This document shows, one piece after another, positions 30,837 through 40,580 of a DNA stretch of 43,317 bases. Source of the stretch: Mitosporidium daphniae (lineage: Eukaryota); NCBI RefSeq assembly GCF_000760515.2, contig NW_013546456.1:1-43317 (forward strand), read 5' to 3'. The notes under the pieces are model-generated. The model saw nothing but the letters and a program-made list of their open reading frames with translations, was not told the DNA's origin and ran no database searches. Made by a program: the position numbers and the translations under genes. Every line of letters begins with the position of its first letter. Position 1 is the first letter of the stretch.

Positions 30837-32343
30837 ATGGCAGGCTACGAGCGGAAGGAGGATTCATTTGATTCGCTGGACTCGTCTACATTTGTGCCGC
30901 GCATGAAGGAAAGAAAAGACCCGCATCGCGAGACCAGGAAAATTGGATTTTTTACAAAGAGCAATCTTACGTGTGTGATCTTTTTCATCCAAGGTCTCTC
31001 CCTGGTGTTTGTATGGAATGCCCTGGTAAACTCTGCCGAGTTTTTTAACAGCAAGCTGGAATCCAATGCATATTCCTTGCTCATCACAGAGGTGTTGTTT
31101 TCTATTTTCACTATTACGAGGTGTGCATTCTTTTTTCTTTCTTCCGTGATTGTCGATCGGGTAACATTAGCACATCGCTAAGCATCCGTAGGTTTCCCCG
31201 CATGCACAGGTCTTCCTTTCCAACCTCATGTGCTGTCTCGTCTTTGTTGTTTTTTCACTTATTTCGGTTTCACAGAACCTTCCAGAGGCCATTTTCATCG
31301 TATCCTCGATGGCTCTCGTATTTTTGGCCTCTGTTTCTTCGGTTTTCCTGTACACTGGAAACTATGCTATTTTGTCTACGCTGCCAAAACCCTTCTCACA
31401 GGCCATTTCACTGGGGCAAGGAACTGCCGGCATGATCACCTGCATTGCCAAGCTCATTACGATCAAAATATTTCAGGAAAACCTACATGCCCCGCCGACT
31501 GGGCTTGTGCACAGGGCCCCTACTGATTCGGATTCGTTTTTGTATTTTTTCTTCACTGCTTTGCTGCTTTTTTTCTCGTCCCTTTCGTTTTTCTTCTACA
31601 TGAAGTATTCCTCATCCATTTTTAAGCCCAAAGCCTACCACATCATTGATGAGAAAGATGTCAAATACTTTCGGCAAGGGGCATCATACTCGCCGCCTGA
31701 TCCGTTCGATCACGCAGCCCTGGGCCCTTCCAAATCGAGAGGTAAATGTTCCTTGTTTGAACTCTGTTCCATTGTGTCAAGTAAAAACTCAAGCGTCAGA
31801 TGCCTATGGTGGTGCAACTTTATCGTGTGCTTTCAAACTATGTTCTTGTTCCCATCTTGGCCGCAAATGACCAAATCGACGGATCCCAGCTATTCTGAAC
31901 CCGTTAACGGCCAATTTTTCACCATATTTGTCTTGCTTCTGTTCAATGTTGGAGACTGGTTTGGCCGCATAATCCTGTCTTTTCCGGCCATGTTCATACA
32001 TGTGGATCGGCTTCTTTTCTTGGTTTCGTTGCTTAGATTCCTCCATGTTCCTTTGTATTTATTCGGGAATGTTGACTTTGGCGGACACCATTTAAACCCG
32101 CTGCCCAAGCTTTTGGCCTCAGATTACATAGTTATGGCAAATACGTTGTTGTTTGGCGTCTCCTCTGGGTACTTGACTACTCTTTTTTTGATCGAGGCCC
32201 CAAATAGGGTTAGCAATAACCTTTTCAAAATCCGGGTCTCCTTTTACATGCTGTTGGGTCTCGTTCTTTCCGTTGCTTTGGGCTCCATTGCATCGTTGGT
32301 TTTAAAGATCGTTCTTCTCTCATACGGCGGCAGTCATAAATAA
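30837..32343 (+). CDS. Equilibrative nucleoside transporter (ENT/SLC29), copy 2
   Basis: IQGLSLVFVWNA, SQAISLGQGTAG, LFNVGDWFGR, LRFLHVPL, FGVSSGYL; intron 31161-31191. Confidence 0.92.
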
Positions 32344-32383
32344 ATCACATAGAAATGCAAGTTTATTAGATTACGAGGCTTCT

Positions 32384-34362
32384 CTAGTGCACGCTCGATG
32401 ATCTGGTCCGGCCTTTTTTTGGAGACACCAAGCAACTTTGCGATCCCGATCTTTCCATCCTGCCTCGACCCTTCGAGGCTGGCAAAGAAGAAAGATTTTT
32501 CTGAAACAGCGACTTTTGCTCCATCCGGAGAGAGTCGATGATCGAAATAAGGAGCTTTTCAACCTTCATTCGGGAGGAAACTTTGGACAGCTCTGGCCAA
32601 ATAGTTTGCTCCCCTTTGAGCAACGTACGCACCAGCAAATCTGCCGTGGGAATGCTGAACATGTGGACGGCATCCTTGAAGCTCAACCTTGGCGAGATCA
32701 CAAGGGTCAATTCGGAATCGCCGCCAGATAGCCCAACACGCTCGTATAGGCCATCGATGGGGTGGAAATGTGTCGAAAAGCTCTCAAAAATGGAGGGCAA
32801 AAGCCGAAGGCTATACAATTGGTACAGAAAGTGTTTGAACTCCGAATAGACAAATCCGAAAAACTTTGTGGTAAGAGGCGCAGAAGCTGGGATTGGCAAT
32901 CTCGGGAAAAGGGTGTCAATAAAGGAAACCCGGTAAGGAACAACTTTAGAAATGATGATGTGATTGACGTTGAATAGCGAGGCCAGTCGAGACTTCAGAT
33001 TGAATGGAACACACAATTTGCTAGCCTTTTGAATTTCTAAAGGTAACCGATTGTTTCATCGTCCCAAACCTAATGGATTCCATGGAATAAAAGAGCCATC
33101 TGCCGCTTTTCGCAATATTTGGATTCCACCAAATAGCCCGCAATCGGAGGCGGAAGCGCAGGCGGCACTCCAAACGACCTAAGTGTAAAAAAGGCCCAAT
33201 ACAATGTCTGGAGCCGTTAAATAGTTAAGCATATAATTTATGTCCTTGTTCATCCCGAGAGAGACCGTAATGTTGAGGATCTTTTTAGAGATCAAGAACG
33301 ATTCGAAAAACGTAACGTCGCCAATATTGGATCTTGCGAGCGATTCAAGGGTTTTAATGTTTAAAAAGTGGCCATAGCGCAAGTATCTTGCAATTTTCCT
33401 GTTCATCGATCCTTCATTTGAAATGCCTTTAAAAACGTCAAAATTGATCATTTCAATTGGGTTTAAAAGCAATTTTTCGAGCCTTTCAGGAGGGACACAG
33501 CAGATCAACGCAGCAACAAACGATCCAATATCAATCCCACAAATGATATCTGGCAGGATGTTTTGCAAATACAGCGCTTTGACAACGCCCAAATGATACA
33601 TGCCAAGCGAAAATCCGCCCATCAAAATGAGGGCAGAGCGACCAAGAGATTGAAGCGATTCGCAAAAGTACCGATACACGTAATTGGGTGCAAAGTGGTC
33701 TTTTGACGCGGAAGCGTCAAACCCATGGGTGCCGTTGCCGGCGTCTGGTGCATAGGAATTTGGGGATGCCTTGGACTGCGACACATAGATGGCGTTGAAG
33801 GATTGACACACGATGTCCAAATAATCTTCGATCAGCTTTTTTGTTCCCGTGTACGACTTTGTGTACAAATTGGAGTTTGAAATTCCTCCCAAATTTCGAA
33901 TATGCCCTATCAATGATGCCAGTAAAGCGATACCGGAGGCCAAAAAAATGATCAAATTTTTGATTTCATTGTCCGAGATAAGCTGCTTTAGATGGTTGTA
34001 TCGATGTTGGATAAATAAATCGTCATAAAAGACGGAGGAGGAATCTTGCTTCCAAGCATCCCAGGAAACTTCCCTTAACTAAAAGCATGCAAATGTACTT
34101 GTCCAGTCTTTGGGCAATCGATAGCCACTCCTGGTACGAGCTGGCAGTGGAGAGGGTATCTCTTAATTTGTATTCATAGGACAGCGGTATAAAAGGAAGG
34201 AAATGATGGAAGTGATGATCTATGAAAGACTGAAATAAAAGTCATATGCCTTGCCTTTGACGCTTTGACGAGAGATGAATAAATATCTGCCGCTGCGATA
34301 ACTGAATAGCAAACAATAAAAAAAGGGCCAAATATGATCGTTTCGGCACAAAGTAAAGACAT
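32384..34362 (-). CDS. Tgl3/4-family patatin triacylglycerol lipase homolog, catalytic motif altered
   Basis: ASSYQEW...LD, RNLGGISNSNLY, GTKKLIEDY, GRSALILMGG..GMYHLGVVKAL, NYLTAPDIVVWSA, RLASLFNVNH; introns 34230-34254 (GC-AG), 34074-34098, 33179-33202, 33037-33069. Confidence 0.88.
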
Positions 34363-34529
34363 CAAAAATCGAAATCAAAATCCAAATTGATGCAAACCTT
34401 AACCGGAAATTTGGAAACAATTGATTGCAATTGAACGCTTTCTTTATTGTCCCGATTTGGGAACCTTAATTTAAATCCATGCACCAATGGAGGAACACAC
34501 GATGCCTTCAATGTTCACTTTGATCGCAT

Positions 34530-35478
34530 TTAAATAGTGCAATAGCTGCAGGTGGGCGACACCTCCGGTGTGAAATTATATACATAGGATGAGTCCCTCA
34601 AAGAAACATATGTGAACGTTGGGGGTGAACTGGTGCTCCCTTTTGAATGGCTAAACGCCTGCAAGCAGGCGATGCCTGCAACCGTGGCAGATATGCTGAT
34701 CGAGGCGGGAGATATTATGTGCAGGGAGGTCAGCTCGTTAATAAAGTCACTTTCTGCAAATGATTGCCGTTGAATGGACATGCACTTTTTGACTATCCAA
34801 TCCAAATGGTCTTGATTGGCAAACGTAAATTCAGCAATCGCGCCAAATGGCAACTCCTGGTCCCACAACACATATAACACCCACAAGATGATGCTTTGAA
34901 CAGAATCCAAAGAGTTCTTAACCGAGCAGTAGGCACGATCGACAGATCTTGGTGCATACAGACTAGAAATGCATTCTAAGCATGGACCCTGGCCAACCCT
35001 CGTGCTGAATATGTGGCCAAACAATCCTATAAATCGGTCCTGCAACAACTATACCTTCAGTTCCGCAATCTATGAACAGGGGATGTTTGTTTGCTTCCCT
35101 GATCAACGAAAATAAAACAGATGACAGCCAAAATCGGGTAGATAAAGAGTCGACTGCTGAAATTACAACATCGAATTTCTCGAGAAATTCCAGAGACATG
35201 TTTTCTATTCGCTGCGAATATCTTTGCGGTTAGTACATGATGACCGGTTACCCAAATATCGTTAGCTTTGGAAAAAATTGGGACAATCTCTTGATGGCCA
35301 CGTGGCATTTATACGATCCAATGTCTTCTTCCCGGAAAAGAAATTGCCTATTAAGGTTTGTGTACTCAATCGTGTCAAAATCTACAACTGTGATGCAGGC
35401 ATCCGCTATGAACAAAGACGAGATGTTTTTTAAAATCTCACAGCCAAGTGCACCAACGCCCACGAGAAGAATTTCCAT
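34530..35478 (-). CDS. UBA3: NEDD8/Rub1-activating E1 catalytic subunit Uba3 (short form)
   Basis: GVGALGCEILKN, DTIEYTNLNRQFLF, DCGTEG.FGH, PCLEC, catalytic-position Cys in AYCSV, W..E.PF, HLDWI, terminal CSYC; introns 35222-35251 (contains TACTAAC) and 35027-35054. Confidence 0.8.
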
Positions 35479-35666
35479 TCTTCAAAAAACAAAAATCCAA
35501 AAGCAAATTTAATGATGCGCCGGACCGCCATCAAGGTTTGTCAGACAACAACCGTGACGGAAGTAAAAACTATGGACACCAAAAAACATAGGTGCTTTAT
35601 AGAATGGGTATAAACATAACTAATAAATGTCAAGGGACTTTGTTTATGTAACACTGAAATGATAAA

Positions 35667-36145
35667 TTAGATTTCAGCCAACTCGCGAAGACGTCTGATA
35701 GTACCTCTGACCGCAGAAGCAGTGGTAGTGCTAAAGAATAGCTTTACAAAATTACCTGGGAACCCAGGCGCCACCGGCTATAACTTTTTTGCATCCTCGG
35801 CATTCCCAAATGCCAACAGCAGTTCTCTTTACGCGGTCCTACACGAAATTGAGACAAAAAACAAATACCTTTCCACAGAAAGAGCATGTGTATTTAGCAT
35901 GCTGAGTGATTTCCATCTTCTTGATTTGTTTACGGAGGGAAGCACCATAACGAGTTCCATACTTTCCAACGACTCCGACTTTCTTTGTTCTTTTGGCCTA
36001 AAAGGTTAGAGCTGGACCAGAAACTAAAAAATCGCATTTGTAAAGATATTTCAAATAGAATAGCTGCCCCATTGTTCGTTACAGAAGCATTTAATGATAG
36101 ATGAAAACACGGATATCAAAAAGAAACTGCACAAGTGCCTACCAT
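35667..36145 (-). CDS. RPL43: 60S ribosomal protein eL43 (L37a); not in the ORF track
   Basis: [92 protein letters not shown]; introns 35998-36142, 35839-35868, 35731-35755. Confidence 0.97.
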
Positions 36146-36200
36146 TTGGAAATTAAAAATCCGGTTTAAAATGAAATTTTAATTTATTAAAGCATTTAAT

Positions 36201-37518
36201 TTAATGAAGTTTAGCCCAACCGGGCCAAGGGATTGAATAGCTCCACATGTCGGTACAATATTTATATGAATGCAGACATAAAGGTTGGGGAGGAGACTCT
36301 GGGCATCCAATGGGAATATGTAAGGGAATTTCGGGATCGTGAAAAGACCTCACCCATTGAGCTTTACAATCCATGCATTCTGGGTCGAACCATTGGGGAA
36401 GACAATTTTTCGACTGCTGCAAATGCCTCTCGGCTTCGATGTCCAACTCTGCACATTCGTCTTCTTTGTAATTAGGAAGGTTTGAATTTTGCAAAATAAA
36501 GCTCATTTTCCAGATGTCATCTAAGTGTACACATCCATTTTTGGCATATTGGTGCCACATGGGATCTGCATAAAGGGTGTCTCCAATGATCGGGTATCCT
36601 TAAAGTTACAAGCGGCGTTAAATTACCCAAATATTGAAGGTGTACCCTGATTTGATGCGTGCGCCCCGTAATTGGCTTACATATGACGATCGAAGAGTTG
36701 CTAACAGAATGGTAAGCATGCAGCCTTAACAGGGTCAGAGACTCCTTTCCTTGTTCAGAAACAGCGCAAAGCCCAAGTTTGTGTTCTATTTTTAAAAGCG
36801 GCGCTGAGCATGCAATCCATTCAACTCCTTGGTCATCACGTATGGTGTCAATCCAAGGCAAATCAGGAGCGCCTGCAAATGTGCCATTTACTTTGGCAAC
36901 GTATTCCTTTTGGATCTGCTTTCCCCGCATCATTTGCGCCAATTCAGAAGCTTTTTCTTGGTTGGTGGCTATCAGGAGCAGGCCCGATGTGGGTCGATCT
37001 AGCCTATTTATGTCTAGGATTAAGCTTCAAAGTTACTCGCTAAAAAAGTGAATCCATAGAGACTTCGTAGAATTTCATTGACCGTATTTGAGAAATAAAG
37101 GCCAGTAGGATGAACAGGTATCAATGGCGGCTTATCCACAACCAACAGCCCGTCTTGGTGTGAAATCACTTTGGGCAGCTCAATGGTCACTGCTGGTTCG
37201 TGTTTATGAATGGCATGTTCTAGAAAATCATTTGGCTTTAGAACATCATCGGTGAAGGTGACTTTCCCATTAAGAGAAATACGCCCCTTTTCAAGCAGCT
37301 CTTTCTAATACGTAAAAGAATGGCAATTGATACATAATATGCGACGCTTTTGGCTCGAAATTCCGAATTAAATACTTGGCTGATTCGTTTTCCAAACCAC
37401 CGTCCTTTGACGCAAGCGCGAAACGTGAACTTTTCAGGCAATGCAATTCTGAATTCTAACTACATGATTTGGCGGCTGACATACGGTTTTTAAATTCTGC
37501 ATATTTTGGATTATTCAT
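36201..37518 (-). CDS. RluA-family pseudouridine synthase (Rib2/Pus9/RPUSD2-like)
   Basis: KGRW...F.SEFR, HKHEP, DKP..IPVHPTG, NRLDRPTSG (catalytic Asp), [21 protein letters not shown]; introns 37456-37484, 37305-37333, 37014-37036, 36599-36626. Confidence 0.92.
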
Positions 37519-37566
37519 GTGTGGAAAAATTAAATTCCTTATTTTGGCAAATAACAAAATTATTTT

Positions 37567-39561
37567 ATGGAAAATTTTGTACCCATATTTTTCAGTGTCG
37601 ATCTTTTAGATCAACACGCCAACAACACGGGCGCATTTAACGCTCTTGTGAATTCGTTTGACGATTTAAAGATTTTCATTGAAAATGACACAAGCTGCAC
37701 GATATCCGAGTTGAAGCAACTGCTTCCCCATATTTCCGAAAAATTTGGTTCCGTGTTTTCATGCACCCTTCTTCTTGTATGCATTAGGTCCTTTTCAAAG
37801 GAAGAATTCGAGTTATATTCGGACGGACTTGTACCCAGCGTTCTGTCCTTTTCGGATGCATCTTCTGAGCTGGGAAGCTCTATTGATCGGCTTTTACGCA
37901 AATCCATCCACCTGTATTTGTCGATACTGACCAGGCTTCACGATGTCAAAAACACGTCCCATAAACAAAATCCCATGCATTGTGGCTTTGATTTTTCAGA
38001 ATTCGAGCGTCTCTCGTTGAAATGTTCCAAACCCCGCTGTGAAAATGAACCCGCAATCACGATCGATGATATGCTCGAGTATTTCCCACTAGCTGATTTG
38101 CTTGATATTCTTCTTCTTACTAGTCAAGATAATCACAATATCATATGTAGAATAACGCAACTAAGGGGCACAATATTTCCGTCTATCTTTGAGCTGGACG
38201 CTATAGAGTTTACACGGTTACTGCAGTCATTGCGTCAAAGTCTCCAGAGCCCGGGGTTTAAAACATCGCATGCGGAAATTTTAAAGATGGTGGCTGATCT
38301 CAAATCTCTAGGTTTGCTGGTGTCAGTGTTTCCTAAATTAATCTTAACTTCGAAAGCAAATTTGGGCGTTCTTTTGCAAATACTGGGATTCTGCCTGTCG
38401 GAAGTGCCCACGTTGCCCTTTTTTAACGCTTTGTTTAGGTCTCATATTTATGCGATCCTGTTAATCGTTTTTGTGTTTATTTTTGATGTTGCAGCCAAGA
38501 TTGACATTTCGCAAGTGGGGTTCAATTTGAATACCGAATTCTGTACCAAGCTATCAAAGTCGCTAGGGCCTGTGGTAATTCCATTTCCGTCTTCTGTGCT
38601 TTTGCCTAAAAGTACCAATGCGGTTGAAATGGGAAGAGAGTTTTTAAAGAGTCATAAGGAGTATCTTTCTGCATGGATTTGTGAAATAAAGAACACAAAT
38701 CTTGTTTCGATACTAAATGATGATACACTGAACGAGCTTGCTACGAACATGGCCATTGATGAAAGTGATGATGATCCCAATAGGCATACTCGCTTAATCG
38801 AACATTTAAAGGAAATTTTTCCCAACATTCCAGAGACGTCAATTGAAAACATTCTTGTCGATTGTAACTGGGATCCACAACATGCATTCGAATCCTTGTC
38901 AAGGATAAGCAATCAAGATGTGCCCAATACGGAGTCTATTTCTAAAGAAACGATCTATATGAAAAATAGCGAAGGTTCAGAACCCTATCTAGGCTCGGAT
39001 CTCAATGAGATTTTAAAAACCAAGATTCGGGTCATAGTGGAATCAAACACACAATCTTCGCAATACAATGGCCTGGAATTTGAGGATTCTGAGCTCACCA
39101 CACTTCCGAGAATATCATCTGGATTTGACGATTCTGAAGACCAAAATGAAGACAAAGAGGGCAAAGGTAGCGGGGCTGGTCTGGACGCAATACTGCGGGG
39201 AGAATATTTAGAAAATGCTAAAGCATTTTTGAGGTCTGCCAGAAATTCTCCTGAAAGGAGGCTTTTGAAAGCCAAGTGTAAATTAAGCGACGAACAGATA
39301 GAAGGCTGGGCAAGGATCAATTTAACAGCATCCTCAGATAAAAAAACCACAATCTCGACAACTGATTATCTTGATCCCAATGCTGCAGTTATGTGGACAG
39401 GGCAACAGGCGTCAATTGCCGACAAAAAGGAGCCCCAAGCTTCGAATTCTTCAAAACATAAGGGCCAATCAAAAGAGAAGGCCCCGCACTTGAGAAAATC
39501 GCATTTTCGTAAGGATAGAGCCATGGGCAAGCTAGCAAAATCAACTGGGCCCATAAATTAA
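37567..39561 (+). CDS. CUE3: CUE-domain protein Cue3/Rqt3 (ASCC2)
   Basis: CUE domain IEHLKEIFPNIPETSIENILVDCNWDPQHAFESL; fungal Cue3-type R.S..R..LK....LSDEQIEGWA; basic C-terminus SHFRKDRAMGKLAK resembling the ASCC2/Cue3 HNRK tail. Confidence 0.82.
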   Translation: MENFVPIFFSVDLLDQHANNTGAFNALVNSFDDLKIFIENDTSCTISELKQLLPHISEKFGSVFSCTLLLVCIRSFSKEEFELYSDGLVPSVLSFSDASSELGSSIDRLLRKSIHLYLSILTRLHDVKNTSHKQNPMHCGFDFSEFERLSLKCSKPRCENEPAITIDDMLEYFPLADLLDILLLTSQDNHNIICRITQLRGTIFPSIFELDAIEFTRLLQSLRQSLQSPGFKTSHAEILKMVADLKSLGLLVSVFPKLILTSKANLGVLLQILGFCLSEVPTLPFFNALFRSHIYAILLIVFVFIFDVAAKIDISQVGFNLNTEFCTKLSKSLGPVVIPFPSSVLLPKSTNAVEMGREFLKSHKEYLSAWICEIKNTNLVSILNDDTLNELATNMAIDESDDDPNRHTRLIEHLKEIFPNIPETSIENILVDCNWDPQHAFESLSRISNQDVPNTESISKETIYMKNSEGSEPYLGSDLNEILKTKIRVIVESNTQSSQYNGLEFEDSELTTLPRISSGFDDSEDQNEDKEGKGSGAGLDAILRGEYLENAKAFLRSARNSPERRLLKAKCKLSDEQIEGWARINLTASSDKKTTISTTDYLDPNAAVMWTGQQASIADKKEPQASNSSKHKGQSKEKAPHLRKSHFRKDRAMGKLAKSTGPIN

Positions 39562-39608
39562 ATAAATATTCCGAGAAAATTTTATTTTACTTTCTCCTCA
39601 AATCAACC

Positions 39609-40577
39609 ATGCTTGCCGAGGAGGAGGATGCTGCTCGAGATTTGATGATGGCTCAGCTATATTATACCCATAAGGTGCCATCTGGGGGTTCTCTTAAAAA
39701 AGCGGCCAAAAAGAGGCAGAAAAGGAAAAGCAGCCCGTTGCCCCCCTTTCCCGCCGGAAATTCAGAGCCGGATGCAGGGCCTGATTCTGTGCTGGAAAAG
39801 GCAAATATTCTCCGGAACGGCAATGTTTTTGACTTGAATTCGAAACTTTGCGGGCCCTCGATTTCGGACTCTAGCTCTTTGGAATATGCCACCCCGGAAG
39901 AGGAAGAGGATTACTCGATCTCTTCGGAAGACAACCATACATTGGAGATCGGCTCTGACGCCGATTTAAACCTGGAAATCGAAGGCGATGAAGAAAGTAA
40001 CAGATACTTTGGGAAGAAAAAAGGATCCAATGCAAAATGCTACAATTGCGGGCTACAGGGCCACATTTCCAGAGATTGTTCGGCAGATGCTTCCGAAATC
40101 TCCTGCTCGATGTGCATTGTTCATGGCCACTCTCGCCAACAGTGCCCAAATCAAATTTGCTTTAACTGTAAGCTACTTGGGCACCAATCCAAGGATTGTC
40201 CCTCCCAAAGAAGGAGGTTTACCTCCGAGCGCGATATTTGCACCCTTTGTGATAACCCAGGCCACACGTCCAAGTTTTGTTCTGCCTCAAGTTGGAGAAA
40301 TTACATTTACAATAGATCCCATGCAAACGCTTCGCTTTCTGCGCATCTCAAATCAGCAGACCTGGACCGGTGCTTCAGATCCTTGAACTCGTATTGCTTT
40401 TGCTGTGCAAAAAAGGGCCATTTTGGCGATGAATGTAAGAGGAATNCATTCCGGAAGCTGGAGGACCGTTGGTCGGCCTTTCATCAATACAGCGAAATCT
40501 ATTTGAAAAACTGTCTGCTTGAAAAGACACACATCGCCAAACGGCCCAAGCATCATAGCAAGTCGGACGCACGGTAG
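39609..40577 (+). CDS. AIR2: Air1/Air2 (ZCCHC7) zinc-knuckle protein, TRAMP subunit
   Basis: RYFG followed by five CCHC knuckles, WRNY linker between ZnK4 and ZnK5, YCFCCAKKGHFGDEC. Confidence 0.88.
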   Translation: MLAEEEDAARDLMMAQLYYTHKVPSGGSLKKAAKKRQKRKSSPLPPFPAGNSEPDAGPDSVLEKANILRNGNVFDLNSKLCGPSISDSSSLEYATPEEEEDYSISSEDNHTLEIGSDADLNLEIEGDEESNRYFGKKKGSNAKCYNCGLQGHISRDCSADASEISCSMCIVHGHSRQQCPNQICFNCKLLGHQSKDCPSQRRRFTSERDICTLCDNPGHTSKFCSASSWRNYIYNRSHANASLSAHLKSADLDRCFRSLNSYCFCCAKKGHFGDECKRNXFRKLEDRWSAFHQYSEIYLKNCLLEKTHIAKRPKHHSKSDAR

Positions 40578-40580
40578 CAT

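Noticed and set aside
35722..36009. 95-aa plus-strand ORF
   Set aside because: It is the antisense of RPL43 exons.
535..37518. Split ORFs (BRF1, RRP8, TAF1, lipase, UBA3, PUS) read as pseudogenes or programmed frameshifts
   Set aside because: Each break is bridged by a GT-AG or GC-AG intron that restores conserved motifs.
5743..40577. A complete TRAMP cluster (ncPAP + Air + helicase)
   Set aside because: The polymerase looks Cid1-like rather than Trf4-like, and the helicase is not Mtr4.
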